NCBI GenBank assembly: GCA_010909165.1
Contig: MU008180.1
Location: 247,884 to 311,883 of the forward strand
Origin: Anthoceros angustus
Taxonomy: Eukaryota > Plantae > Anthocerotophyta
DNA: 64,000 nt
Direction: 5' to 3'
Shown one piece after another: positions 12,356 through 24,371 of this stretch. The number at the start of each line of letters is the position of its first letter. Position 1 is the stretch's first letter. A program made the position numbers and the translations under genes. The notes under the pieces were generated by a model. That model saw only the letters and a program-made list of their open reading frames with translations, was not told the origin of the DNA and searched no databases.

Positions 12356-13021
12356 CTAGACGTTGGGCTGCGGGGTGAGGCGGATGTAGCCCTTGCCGGA
12401 GGGGACTGACACCTTCTCGAAGCCCTTGGGGAACTTGGCGGTGGCGGCCTCGTCGGAGAGGGAGGGAACCACCATCACCTTGTCGCCGTGCTGCCAGTTG
12501 ACGGGAGTGGCGACGCTGTGGTTGGCGGTGAGCTGGAGGGAGTCCAGCACCCGGAGCACCTCGTTGAAGTTGCGGCCGGTGGTAGCGGGGTAGAGGATGG
12601 AGAGCTTGAGCTTCTTGTCGGGGCCGATGACGAAGACGGCGCGGGCGGTGAAGGGGATGCCGGACACGTCCTTCTCGGCGGGATCCACCATGCCCCAGGC
12701 CACGGCCAGCTCCCGGCTGGGGTCCGCCAGGATGGGGTAGTCCACCTTGGACCCGGGCGTGTAGCTCTCGATGTCCTGGATCCAGGCCTTGTGGGAGTCC
12801 ACCGTGTTGCAGCTCAGCGCCAGCACCTTCACGCCCCGCTTCTCGAACTCCGGCAGCAAGGCTCCCACGGACCCCAGCTCCGTGGTGCACACGGGGGTGA
12901 AGTCGTTGGGGTGCGAGAACAGGATGGCCCAGCTCCCCTCGATGTACTGGTAGAAGTCGATCTCGCCCTGCGACGAGTCCGCCTTGAAATTGGGCACCGT
13001 GTCTCCCAGATTGATCCCCAT
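12356..13021 (-). CDS. PER1: 1-Cys peroxiredoxin (Prx6 family), intronless
   Basis: MGINLGDTVPNF...LFSHPNDFTPVCTTELG...LSILYPATTGRNFNEVLRVLDSLQLT...VATPVNW; single peroxidatic Cys in the PVCTTE motif. Confidence 0.97.
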   Translation of the reverse strand: MGINLGDTVPNFKADSSQGEIDFYQYIEGSWAILFSHPNDFTPVCTTELGSVGALLPEFEKRGVKVLALSCNTVDSHKAWIQDIESYTPGSKVDYPILADPSRELAVAWGMVDPAEKDVSGIPFTARAVFVIGPDKKLKLSILYPATTGRNFNEVLRVLDSLQLTANHSVATPVNWQHGDKVMVVPSLSDEAATAKFPKGFEKVSVPSGKGYIRLTPQPNV

Positions 13022-13556
13022 CTCGTTCAAACCTCTCTGCGCGCACCAAAGTTCGGACAGCCCAGTGTCAGCAACTCAAGACAGTGCCACTCGCAATTCC
13101 TGCCGACCACCACAAAGCTAACGCAAAACAGCAGCTTTGAGCTGGGCTGAGCTGCTTCCAACCTTGCAAGCGGCCGGCTGGACTGGTGACAGCTCGAGAG
13201 TCGGACGGCGGGAGCAAGAAATGCGGGAATACCCAAGAGGACTGGTGTCACGGATCACAATGCTCCTGGGAAGTGAAGCTGCTGATTTGGCCTGGGACCC
13301 ATCACCGTAAACGTCTCTGCCTGCCTTGCCCGTCACCCTTTCTCTCACATCACTCTCTCTCCTTCTTTTCAAGTCGGACAGGTACATGCACCGCTCACAG
13401 TTAAAATACTGTACAACAGCGGAGGCTGCGGAGCCAACAGGAAACCTTCATACACTGTGTGCATGGAAAAGATCCTGCATATGTATGTGGAATTTCTCCA
13501 CCATGCAGCCTTTGTTCCACATGGCAAGGATTCAATTCAGGCTATGACCATGTGAG

Positions 13557-14800
13557 CTAGATTTTGAGCTTGTCTTCTTCTATGCTTGACAGGATGAAGT
13601 CAAGGGCGGCAAAGAGCTGCTTCCGCGATGCAGGGTCGGTTATAGAGGCCACAATTTGCTGAACGGATCCTAGTCTGTCCGGGAAGTCTGCATCGAGAAG
13701 TGGGTTCATGAGTAAAGGAAGGCAGGGATGCTCACTTGGCTACCATTTTACTTGTAAATTGAGGGATCAGGTGAGTGCTTTACCCTGTGCTTGAAGCTTA
13801 GGATCATCGCTGAGAGCTACGATCTTGCAGCAGGAGTTGGGAAGTTTGTTTGGCAGGACAAACTCGTGGTACCTGTAAGTTGTGGACATGGATCATAGTT
13901 TGAGCGATCTTTCATGCAACTGGCAACAGCAGCTTGTGGCTGGCCAGCTTCCACTCCTGTGCAAAAGTGTCCTCATGGAAGGCCGGAAAGCACCCTCTTT
14001 TGCACTACAATGATGCATCAACGGTGTGCTATCTAGGTGTTCCTTCAGCCCTATCAGCTACAGAGAGGGAGCAGAGCTTTTGTTAAATAGGTTCTAGTAT
14101 GAGCGCAACTGTTTCCGGAACTAGAAACCTTTAGGTCACATGCGCAGTAAGGTTGACAAGACTAAAGCACAACAAGTATTCGCTCCACCGGGTATTTTCT
14201 GTGACTACGGGCATCAGGTCATGGAGACTTGGAGAAGATTGGGGAGGCCCATCGCGCACCATCTTTCAAGCTCCTTCTGTCTGACAATGCTCTCCGTCTC
14301 CAAATCCAGTTTGTACACCAGTAGAAGCCCCTGGGCATCCTTTGCCATTGCTGGCCAACACGACTGATACCTGAAATGCACTTAACCTTTAAGTACAGGC
14401 ACCCCTTGAGCCCGGGATGTGGCCAAGCAGACCGGTCACGGCCAGAGTGCAGAAATACTAACTTAAGGTCTCCGGAGCAGTCCCAAAGCTGGATAGGCCT
14501 GGTCTGTGAAGTGCGTGGCAATTTTCGTTCCACCTCTTGTATCCTGGACAACCAAGGGAAGGAAGACGTGGAATGCTCAGAACTTGCTTGCAGTGGAACA
14601 AAGTTAAAGACTCCAAAACCTGCAAAAGCACAGGAGAAACCTCACCTGACTCCAACAGTAGGATTGTAACGGAGAGTGAGAGGATCCCACTCCGCCAGAG
14701 CACGACTGACACTGGTTTTTCCACAACCCTTAGGCCCAACCACACACACTTTGATAGGCTCTTCACTTCCACCAGAAATCCGCCTCTGCATTGCAGCCAT
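13557..14800 (-). CDS. IFT22: Intraflagellar transport protein 22 (RABL5-like small GTPase)
   Basis: Exons give IKVCVVGPKGCGKTS (P-loop), YNPTVGVRIQEVE, IQLWDCSGD, YQSCWPAMAKDAQGLLLVY, RWYHEFV and a final exon ending SSIEEDKLKI*. Confidence 0.85.
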
Positions 14801-15466
14801 GGGAGGGATCCCGTATCTCACACCCAGAGCCCAATGCCACCACGGCAAGATCCTTACTCAGAGAATCTCGTCTCATAGAGTCAAACGATGGGGTCCGAAC
14901 TTGGAGTCAGAAAACAAATCCTCCAGGATTTACGCAAGCACCGCACCCTGACTTGCAGACCAAGCGTGTGCACGCCCCATTTATACAAGCTCCCCAGCAC
15001 AGTCAGCCTCCTGAGGAATCCAGAAGAAAGGCGGGGACAGGAAGGAAGCAGGTTTGGTTTCAGCGCCGCATGACACAACCAGCCGGTGACTTGGAGCAGT
15101 TATAACGGCTGGCCACCGGCTGCAGGCTGTACCCGCCCGTGGTTCTTGTCGCGTAACAGAGCCCGAAGTCGGACGCGTGCCCGTAGAGCAGCAAACAAGA
15201 ACGAGCTCCTCCTGCTTCTTGCTTGGCTTGGATTGAGAGACGACAGGACTAGTAGTGAGGACGCTTCTCTCTTCTTCTTCCTCCTCTTCCCCCCCGAGTC
15301 CACCGAGCTTGCAAGAACGGCCATCCTCCTCCCATTCGAGCCATGCATGCTCTCCCAGCCTCTGCTCATCACCAACAATGAATCCGTCGCGGTTCGATGC
15401 GCGCTGGCCCTCTCCCTCAATCCACCAGCTGCAGGATCGCACCGCTAGATGAATGAACGCGGATAG

Positions 15467-16978
15467 ATGCATTCTCCAAGGCTCCACCTTGTGAGAAGGC
15501 GGATCGAGCTGGCATGGATCGAACGGAAGCGCGCCGTGCTCGCAGGCAGCAAGGGCAGAGGCCAATCCCTGGTCCTCCTCTCCCTGCTCTTCACCGCGTT
15601 GTCTCTCTGCGTCTACAGCATCCACCACTTCGCCCTTGCTCCGCAGAGCATTCTGGCAAGAACGGCGTGCCCTGACCAGCCCCTTGCTCCCAGCAACTGC
15701 TCCTGCCAGCACCAGCCTCAGCCAGATCCGGAGCCGGAGCCGGAGCCGGAGCCGGAGGTGAAGGAAGTTGTAATCCGCGAACCCTGCCAGAAGGAGGAGC
15801 CGAGGCAGCAGCAGGAGCAGGATGCTCCACAGACCACGATCGTGAAGCACGAGCCGTGGTACGCGGAAAACAGGACATGGCACTACCCGGCCGAGTTCCC
15901 GCTCTGCTCCATGGACGTTTGCTTCAATTTCTCCAGGTGCGAGGAGCAGGAGGAGCTGCTGGTGTTCTCGTACGCGCTGCCGAGCCCGCCGGTGCGCTAC
16001 TTCGCCCGCATCAACTCCAGCGTGCACCACACCAACGACCCGGCCAAAGCCTGCCTCTTCTTCGTGTTCCTGGACACGGAGACGCCATGGCCGCCGCACC
16101 CGGCCGAGCTCCCGCACTGGAACGGCGGCCTCAACCATGTGCTCATCACCTTCGCGGACATGTGGAGGCAGAAGGGCCCGCTCCCGGGCACCATCGGCTT
16201 CGCCTCCATCATGGCCACCGATATGCACGAGACCACATACCGCGCCGGCTTCGACATCAGCATCCCGCTGCCGGGGAACGTTCACATGCCGGATTTGCAG
16301 GGGCTCAAGCCGTGGGAGAGGCGCTACCTCATGACGTTCCGCGGCCTTCGCTACCTCGGCCACCGCGGAGAAGGCATCCTCAGAAGCGAGCCCGCCTTCA
16401 GGTACTGAGTTCTCGCTTTCCTTCCTCTCTGGAGTGTGCGACAATGGCTACTCAGCAGGCTACTGAATTTGTGGAATGCCAGGAACATGCACAACGGGGA
16501 GGACGTGATTGTGGCCACCTCTTGCGACCATTTCATCAACGACATGAACCGAGCCAAGGATCCAGCATTGGGCGTGCATTGCGAGGAAGACGATGCAGTG
16601 CATGCGCGGTTTTCCTATCAGGAGCTCATGAACACCACCTTCGGCTTGGTTCCTGCCGGGGTGCAGCCCAACTCGTACAGGTTCATCGAGGTGCTCAGTG
16701 CCGGGGCCATCCCCGTGCTCATTGCGGACAATTACGTGAAGCCTTTCGATACTCTGTTCCAGTGGCACCGCTGCGTCTTGCAATTCCCATCCTCGCAGAT
16801 GCAAAGAATTCTGCCCACGGTACGGGCGTTTAAGACGCAGCAGCTGGGGCAAAGGCAGGCCAGATGCTTGGAGTTTTACACTTCGCTCAGAGATGACGAC
16901 ACCCTCTTGAGAACTGCCATCCTGGCTCTCAAGGCAAGGTTCTATGGAGTTTTCCACAACGACGCACTGCCGCCATGA
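15467..16978 (+). CDS. Exostosin-like glycosyltransferase family 47, type II membrane protein (one intron, 16402-16482)
   Basis: N-terminal TM segment, PE-repeat stem, then HHTNDPAKACLFFV, PHWNGGLNHVLI, YRAGFDISIPL, RRYLMTFRG, TFGLVPAGVQPNSYRFIEVLSAGAIPV. Confidence 0.92.
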
Positions 16979-17052
16979 ACTATGGCCAAGATCTGACTAA
17001 TGTACAAAATTGGTAGCAGGGGGTTTAAGTGACGGGGGCCTGCATCCTCAAC

Positions 17053-20000
17053 TTATGCTCCACGCAGGCGGATCGATACACCCCGGTCTAGAGGAGCACC
17101 TTGATCTGCAAGCTTCTGTATGCGCGATGACAGCTCTCCGGCCTGTCGCCGGGAACCAGTCAGCTCGGGAGCTCACAGAACCAAGCTGGGAAAAGACGGG
17201 CAGCAAAAATACGGATGGCATAAGTTACCTGTTCGTCGATCCAAATCAGTGAACTCAGCTGATTGTTCAGTATACGAACCACCATATCCAGTGGACTTGC
17301 CCCGTCGACAACATCAACATCCCCACCCTGAGGGACTCCGAAGGGAGTTAAACAAAACAAAAACCGTTATTCCACCGTGAAAGCCTCCACAAAGACAGAA
17401 TAGCCAGTATCCAGCATCCAGGTAAACAGCGTTGACCTGGCTCTTATTCACATTCTGTATGGTCTCTCGAATATTTTCGCCCATCCTCTCCAGCTCCCTC
17501 TCTATGTACTCAGCTTGTTGATACCTGCATTGATGTACAAAGCTTCAGGGACAATGTGAGAATGGCTACAGCAAAGTCATCTTGAAATCCGAAGTACTTA
17601 GGAAAAAGAGCTGACATTATGTCTCGCGTAGCCGTAGCATCATCTTCGAGAACGAGAGGACGTTCATCTTTGTACAGACGATCCGCTTCATCCTCGATGC
17701 TTACAAGAGCTCTTTCAACCTGCCCAGTTGCAAAGAAATGTCTGAATCTGCCTGCCAGACTGGCTTTGGGAGGCACAAGGCAGCTAGATGATACCTCCAG
17801 CTGATGGGTCTCAATGAGTTCCAGTTGTCGTTCTAAGCTGTGTTGTGATTCCACGACCTTTGCAACTTCACTCTGTGCAAAAGGAAAGACAAATAAGGGG
17901 TGCATTCCAGAGGTTACTCTTAACAGAGCTGCCTGAAGACACAGCAAACAAGCAGCCGGAGGAAAACAAATTCACACCTCAAGTTTGATCAACACGCTTC
18001 TGTTGCTGATAATTCTTCGATCCCACTCCCCAAGTGCTTCAGCTTGTTTTCTGAACTTTGATGTGCGCTCTTGAAGTTCCTGTGTCCAATCTTTAATGAT
18101 CTGCCACAAGGCAAGCAGAACAGAGTCAAAAACTGCCAAGCTGATCAAGGACTTTTTTCTTCTACACAGAAGAATGAATTCATCAAATACGTGGGATGCT
18201 GACCTCCTCAATTGATTTCCCTGTTATCTCCGAGGGAAGCTTCGGAGTAGCAGTCGTTGAGACAGCACAAAGTCCTGTTGCACTGTGCAATTTCCACCAG
18301 CCAAAACAACAAGCAGGGAGTGAATTGCACACTCTCGGACATCATTTCGGGGGGGGTGGGGGGCAATAAAAACACTCAACCAGCTGGATAAAGACACTAG
18401 AGATAGCATTAAAACCCCAAAGGCCAGTATGAAGTATCCACTCAGTTACACATACCCAGAGACAGGAGTGTTCAAGGCACCACAAGTTGTGCCTGCAAAA
18501 GTTGTAGAAGGTGCTGTTGTTGAAGAAGAACCTGCAAAGGAGAACCCTGCTCCACCAAAGCCCGTGCTGGTGCTAGGTCCAGACACTAGAACCGGTATTG
18601 CACTTTAAATATTGAGCTAGAAACACTATCACTTGCATCATAGCAGGCAGTGGTAGAGGAAACTCACTAGCAGGTAACGAGAAGGAGCTAGTTATGGCAG
18701 GTGTTGAGGACTTGGGCGTGGACATAAAATTCAACGCTGTTGCAGGTGTTGTCGCAGGGGTTGCAGGTGTGGCAGGAGCTGCAGACGTCTGAAACAAAAA
18801 GCCTCCTCCTGCTGGCTGTGTACCTGTTGCAGAAGTAAACACAAGGAGCAAATTCAGCAAACATGCTGCGGACCGAATGCTGAAGGATAAATCTGCAGAG
18901 GCGACTGTGACAAGAATGCTGCCAGTGATACAGTCATTTGCGTAAGAAAAAAACAAACCAGTAGAAGCCGCAGAAGTAGGTGCTCCTTGCGAGGATGCAA
19001 AGGGGGATGACGGCCCTGTAGAGCTTGCAGGGGCCGTAGCTGCAGAGCTACTGGCTGCTGCGGCACTAAACAGCGATGTAGATGGGGCACCAAGAGTGCT
19101 CCCGAGAGAAGAAAATGCAGGGGCGGCAGTGGTTGAAGTACTAAATAGAGGTGGGGCAGCTGCAGGGGCAGAGGCGGCAGCGGTGACACCAAACATTCCG
19201 CTTGAGGGGGTAGATCCAGAGGAAGAAGTGGAGCTGCCAAAGTTGCTGAGGCTGAAACCTGTTGCAGGTGATGCTGCCAATGAAGGAGCAGAAGCAGGCG
19301 TCTGGAGGCCCTGCGACTGAAACGAGAAACCCGTAGTCGGGGCTGCAGACGAAGCTGCTGGTGCTGCCTGAGAGTTAAATCCAAAACCAAACCCACCCAA
19401 GCTTGCTGAGGATGCTGCTGGCGCTGAAGGCCCAAAACTGAAGGCTGATGTACTCTCCGATCCACCTGTTCCAAATGCGAACCCTGATAACCCTGACGGA
19501 GCAGCAGGTGCAAAAGCTGGGGTAGAGCTAGGGCCAGAGGCTGAAGGGGTTGGACCGAATGCAGGAGCACTTTGTGTTGTCCCACCGAATGGATTGGAGC
19601 CCACAGTTGATTGAAAAGCACTGGCAGCGGGGGTAGAAGTGCCAAATAAAGGCGTGTTGACTCCTGGGCTTGCAGTTTGAGGAGTCCCAAATTGAGCTCC
19701 TGTACTGGCTGCAGCGGCTGGCGCTGTTCCGCCAAAGGGAGAAGCACTAGCACCAAATGAGAAACCTGGGGGAGTAGAGCTACTTGTCTGGCTAGCTGCA
19801 GTGCCAAAGCCAAAGCTAAAACCACTTGACGATGAAAACGGGGAAGGTGAGGACGAAGGTTGAGAGGAGCCAAAAGTAGAAGAGGCGCCGAAAGCAGAAG
19901 AAGAAGCGCCGAAAGGAGAGGAAGATCCGAAGGGAGAAGTCGCGCCAAAGGAATTAGCAGTCGTAGACGACGTTTGAGCAGGGGCTGAGGAGCCGAAAAT

Positions 20001-20612
20001 GCCTCCACCTCCACCTTGAGACGGGAACATGTTTCCTGTTCCTGCAGCAGTGCCACTACCAAACAGACTAGCTCCAGTAGCGGGCTGAGAAGCAAAGGAA
20101 AATGCCCCGCCGGTGGACACCCCCGTGGCCGGTGCTTGACTCCCAAACGCCGATGGAGCGCTGCCAGTTCCGAAAATATTGACACCCCCACCTAAAGCAT
20201 TGCCCGAGCCAAAGATAGAACCCCCCGTCGCGGCCCCGGAGGCAGCCCCCTGTGCACTTCCCGTTGGCGCGAAACCCCCTCCAAACCCGCCGAACGCAGC
20301 GCCAGAGACAGTCCCGAAGACAGACGGTGCAGTTCCTTGGGCAGACGGTGCTCCAAATGCGGGTGCCGCGGAGGCTCCAAATGCTGGTGCACTGGAGGCT
20401 CCAAATGCCGGGGCACTGGAAGCTCCGAATGCCGGGGTACTGGAAGCTCCGAATGCCGGGGTACTGGAAGCTCCGAATGCCGGGGTACTGGAAGCTCCGA
20501 ATGCCGGGGTACTGGAAGCTCCGAATGCCGGTGACGCGGCAGCCCCTCCAAAAGAGAAGGAGGTGGAAGGGCCACCCGAGGCAGAAGATCCAAAGCCACC
20601 AAACCCAGCCAT
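17053..20612 (-). CDS. NUP62: FG-repeat nucleoporin NUP62/Nsp1
   Basis: Long FG/Ser/Ala-rich first exon, then Nsp1_C exons IIKDWTQELQERTSKFRKQAEALGEWDRRI, LERQLELIETHQ, SPLDMVVRILNNQLSSLIWIDE. Confidence 0.95.
20345..20530 (-). repeat. 24-bp coding tandem repeat (PAFGASST/PAFGASSA), about 7 copies
   Basis: Repeated ggaagctccgaatgccggggtact on +; encodes the FG repeats of NUP62. Confidence 0.95.
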
Positions 20613-21119
20613 GGCTACCACATTCATACACACCCCCACAAAACCAGCGAAAACAAGCCACAGGACAGAAATCAGCCTAGGGTTCGCTCTCTTCAACACA
20701 ACACAACAATCTTCCTCGACATCAAGCGTTAACCAAGACACCTCCACACTCACCTGAAGTGCACACAGCAGCGCAGAGCCTCCCCCAAGCTCAGCAGAAT
20801 GCTGGCAGCATCCGGCAGCTCAAACACCAGCCGAGTGAGGAAAATTCCGTGGATGCAAAAGACGACGAGCTTCGGCTTTCCCTCTTCACCCCGCGCTGCA
20901 CCGAGTCACCCCGCCGGCGAACACGCGGCAGCTGGCAGGTCCACGGCCAACGCAAACTGCAGATGCCCCTCTGCCTGCATCGCCGCTGGCAAGGCCATCG
21001 ACCATCTCCAGAGGGACCAACATTTCTAGGGCAAAAGTGGAGGGAAACGCTTGAATTGGACTAACGGACGCTCTTTCAGCCTTTCAGCCTTTCAGCAGCA
21101 GCGGGCCCTAGTGCTCGTT

Positions 21120-21133
21120 AAACCCTAAACCCT
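21120..21133 (+). promoter_or_regulatory. Telo-box (AAACCCTAAACCCT) in the NUP62/OZ-like divergent promoter
   Basis: Direct match to the AAACCCTAA telo-box, about 150 bp upstream of ATG 21276. Confidence 0.6.
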
Positions 21134-21275
21134 GCGAGGGAGGAGCGCGGACTGGCAATGGCGAGCATTGCTCGATCGGCGCCGGCGATGGCGTGCTCAC
21201 CCGGGACGTGAAGGCCGCTCGTGCGAGGCCCTGCGAGCTGCGTGGAGCAGGGGGAGAGGTTGGCGCAGCTGAGGC

Positions 21276-24200
21276 ATGGCGGCCCGGCTGCTGTCGCTCT
21301 CGGCGTCCGGCATTCGGCCTGGGCGTCGGATTCGGAGGCCGGCGCTGCTGGCCTCGGCCCCGTCCTCGCTCTGGACTGCCTCTGAGCGCGGCATGCTGGC
21401 GATGTTTCGCGGAGGCAGGGGCCCGGCTTGGGCCGGGTCGGCTGTGGCGCCGGGAGTGCGGCCCGGGGTGGTGGCCTCCTTCTGCTCGTCTTCGTCCCGG
21501 TTTCTGCTGGCCAGAATTGGGGGCGCCGCCGGGAGGGATGCAGGGGCGCTGAAGGCGGCTTCTTGCAGAGTTAAGGGGGATGGAGGCAACGGACTGGTGA
21601 AGTGCCTGTCGGCCAGGGGCTTCAGCGCGGCGGAGGTGCTGGCGTCCAGCCAGGAAGAACCGAAGGAGGATGTGTTGGAGAGTGCGGCGGGGCCGAATGG
21701 CGATGGCCTGCCGGAGCTGGGGATTCGGGAGGGCGCGGATGTTAGGGTTGTGCAGGTGGGTAGTGTGGGAAGCAGGGAGGAAGTGGATGTCGAGGCCTCT
21801 TCATCGGCATCGGAGGAGAATGTGGGAGCAGCTTCAGCTGTAATTGAGCGGGAACAGGACGACGGTGGAGATGGTGAAGCGGTTGTGGAGAAAGAGGCGG
21901 TTGTGGCGGCGGAAGCGGGTTCGGATTTCGCCTGCTCCCACCCCTGGTCTCATTGGAGGGCGTTTGTGCGGCGGATGGATCAGAACAAGTGCTTCAACCT
22001 GCCGAACATGAGGAGTCCCGATGGGGTGTCCAGGTTCGACGATCAGCATGCGGTGAAGCGGGCCACGCTCGAGTTTGGCAGAACTAGGGATGATGTCTAC
22101 ATGGGGCTGGACACCAAGGCATTGCGAGTGATCGCTGATTTCGGCTGCCCGAGCATCGACAGGAAGGTGGTGAATGCGGCCAAAAGGCTGAGGGTGAAGC
22201 TCAACATCCCGGAGAATCCGGTGTGTGAGAAATGTGACGCGCGGGTAACCTGTGCTCGGGCTTATGCAGCGGCGACTGAGGATATGGATGCCGGCACCAC
22301 GGAGGTGGTGCGGCTCATGAACCAATTCGCTTTGAACGAGACTGCACCGGCAGAGGAGAAGAGGGATGTGCCTCAGGATGTGAAGAATGCCGTGTTCCGC
22401 ATTCTGGATCAGATGACAGAGCTGAGTGCCGTGCCCAGGGACCCTAACCTGCCGAAGCCGGAGTTGAAGTCCCTGCTTTCGGTGTCCTCCATCTTCGGGG
22501 AAGAGGCGACGAAGCGGCTCCGGGAAGAAAGAGCCAGGAAGGCTGCAGCAGGGGATGAGGAACTGAAGCCGGGTGACTGGAGGTGTCTTCGCTGCAACTA
22601 TGTCAACTTTAATCGGAACAGGAACTGTCGGGAGTGCAACGCAGATCGTCCAGCTCGGGAGCTCAAGCCAGGCGATTGGCTCTGCCGCCACTGTAATTTT
22701 GCTAACTTTGCCAGGAACAGGCAGTGCTTCGATTGCCAAGCCGACAGGCCCGACGGCGTCGGCTTCGACAGGATCGACAGTCGCCGTACATTCACTAAGG
22801 ATCGGGTGCGAAGCGCCGACCCCGACGAATTCTCTGTCAGGAATTTCGGTGACAGGGATTCTAGCAGGAGGTTCGGTGATAGGGATTCTAGTAGGAGCTT
22901 TGGTGACAGGGATTCTGGTGGGAGCTTTGGCGGCAGGGATTCTGGCAGGGACTCCGGCAGGAGCTTTGGTGGCAGGGACGCTGGCAGGAGTTTTGCTGAC
23001 AAGGATTCCGGCAGGAGCTTTGGTGACAGGGATTCTGGAAGGAGGTTTGGTGACAGGGATTCCGTCAGGAGCTTTGGTGACAGGGATTCCGGCAGGAGCT
23101 TTGGTGACAGGGATTCCGGCAGGAGCTTTGGTGACAGGGATTCCGGCAGGAGCTTTGGTGACAGGGATTCCGGCAGGAGCTTTGGTGACAGGGATCCTGG
23201 TAGGAGCTTTGGCGACCGGGATTCTGGCAGGAGCTTTGGTGATAGAGATGCTTCCAGAAGCTACGGTGGGCGGGATTCTGCCAGGAGCAATGGCGACCGA
23301 GATTCTTTGAGAAGCTCTAGCGACGCCAGAGGCAATGCCGGTCGAAGTTCAGGGAGTTTTGCTGAGGGTGTTACCACAACCAAGGTGGAGCGTCCTAAAT
23401 TTGATGAGTGGAAACCGGACTTCAAAGGTGGGAAACGAGAAATGGAGGAGGACGATGACGACGAGGATGATATCGATGCCAAGTTCAAGAAATACGACGC
23501 CGCGGCTGAGACGAGTGACGATGACGACGACGAAGAGACCCTTCCCAGGAACACGGCACAGAGAGGTCGGGGCAGAGGGGGTCGCGGAGGGGGCAGGAGT
23601 GCCAGGGTTGTAGTTAGCGACGACGAGGATGAGGATGAGGATGAGGATGACGAGGAAGATGAAGAGGAGGATGATCGGCCAAGCAGAGGAGCAAGGGGAG
23701 GTAGAGGAAGAGGCAGAGGCGGCAGAGTAGCCAGAGGAGGAGCCAGGGGACGAGTCTCCTCCGTCCCTTGGGAGGAGGGAGGTCTCGACTCAGTCAAGCC
23801 CGGGGACTGGGACGTGACCTCGGACGACTCCGACTTCACGGACGAGGATGACTTCGACTCCGATGACTCCGACGAGGATGGGATTGTGAGCCCGAGAGGT
23901 AGAGGTAGAGGCGCAAGAGGTGGTAGAGGCAGGGGCAGCCGAGGAGCAAGGGGCGGCTCCCGAGCCGCCCGCTGGAGCGACGTAGACGAGAGCGAGGACG
24001 AGTCCGACGACGACGACGGCAGGCCCAGCCTCAGGGGACGCGGCCGAGGGAGAGGAGGCTTCTCCGGCAGCGCCAGCTTCGTGCGCTCGGACGACGAAGG
24101 CAGGCCCGCGTTTAGGGGCCGAGGTAGAGGAGGAGGGTTTGGGCGCGGCGGCGGCGGCGATGGCGATGGCGATCGCGGGCGAGGCTTCCGCGGCGGCAGG

Positions 24201-24371
24201 GGCAGCCGCGGAGGCGGGCGTGGCGGAGGAGCCGTGGGCGAGGTGGGTTCCAAGGCAGCCGCGGACGAGGTGGGTTCGAAGGAGCCGCGGAGGGGGCCGC
24301 GGGGGAGGCCGTGGGAGAGGCCGTGGAGGTCGCAGCAGGGGGCGAGGTGGGTAGAGGGGCGTAAGCTGTAA
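21276..24371 (+). CDS. Organellar RanBP2-type zinc-finger protein (VAR3/OZ-like) with repeat and RGG/acidic tail, intronless
   Basis: Transit-peptide-like N-terminus; HPWSHWRAF...VKRATLEFGR...GCPSIDRKVVNAAKRLR...C..C..R..C; two fingers KPGDWRCLRCNYVNFNRNRNCREC and KPGDWLCRHCNFANFARNRQCFDC. Confidence 0.88.
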   Translation: MAARLLSLSASGIRPGRRIRRPALLASAPSSLWTASERGMLAMFRGGRGPAWAGSAVAPGVRPGVVASFCSSSSRFLLARIGGAAGRDAGALKAASCRVKGDGGNGLVKCLSARGFSAAEVLASSQEEPKEDVLESAAGPNGDGLPELGIREGADVRVVQVGSVGSREEVDVEASSSASEENVGAASAVIEREQDDGGDGEAVVEKEAVVAAEAGSDFACSHPWSHWRAFVRRMDQNKCFNLPNMRSPDGVSRFDDQHAVKRATLEFGRTRDDVYMGLDTKALRVIADFGCPSIDRKVVNAAKRLRVKLNIPENPVCEKCDARVTCARAYAAATEDMDAGTTEVVRLMNQFALNETAPAEEKRDVPQDVKNAVFRILDQMTELSAVPRDPNLPKPELKSLLSVSSIFGEEATKRLREERARKAAAGDEELKPGDWRCLRCNYVNFNRNRNCRECNADRPARELKPGDWLCRHCNFANFARNRQCFDCQADRPDGVGFDRIDSRRTFTKDRVRSADPDEFSVRNFGDRDSSRRFGDRDSSRSFGDRDSGGSFGGRDSGRDSGRSFGGRDAGRSFADKDSGRSFGDRDSGRRFGDRDSVRSFGDRDSGRSFGDRDSGRSFGDRDSGRSFGDRDSGRSFGDRDPGRSFGDRDSGRSFGDRDASRSYGGRDSARSNGDRDSLRSSSDARGNAGRSSGSFAEGVTTTKVERPKFDEWKPDFKGGKREMEEDDDDEDDIDAKFKKYDAAAETSDDDDDEETLPRNTAQRGRGRGGRGGGRSARVVVSDDEDEDEDEDDEEDEEEDDRPSRGARGGRGRGRGGRVARGGARGRVSSVPWEEGGLDSVKPGDWDVTSDDSDFTDEDDFDSDDSDEDGIVSPRGRGRGARGGRGRGSRGARGGSRAARWSDVDESEDESDDDDGRPSLRGRGRGRGGFSGSASFVRSDDEGRPAFRGRGRGGGFGRGGGGDGDGDRGRGFRGGRGSRGGGRGGGAVGEVGSKAAADEVGSKEPRRGPRGRPWERPWRSQQGARWVEGRKL
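22849..23300 (+). repeat. 27-bp coding tandem repeat (RDSGRSFGD), roughly 15 copies
   Basis: Repeated gggattccggcaggagctttggtgaca, in frame with the 21276 ORF. Confidence 0.95.

Noticed and set aside
14981-16444. 487-aa minus-strand ORF, and similar long ORFs at 12488-13150, 23261-24253, 37583-38290, 38387-39211 and 45332-46210
   Set aside because: Antisense or alternate-frame shadows of GC-rich genuine CDSs; no recognisable motifs.
21120-21133. Telomere-like motifs as interstitial telomere relics
   Set aside because: Only 1-2 units each, positioned in promoters; these are ordinary telo-boxes.
22849-23300. 27-bp repeat array as a CRISPR-like locus
   Set aside because: Units are contiguous with no unique spacers and are in frame within a eukaryotic CDS.
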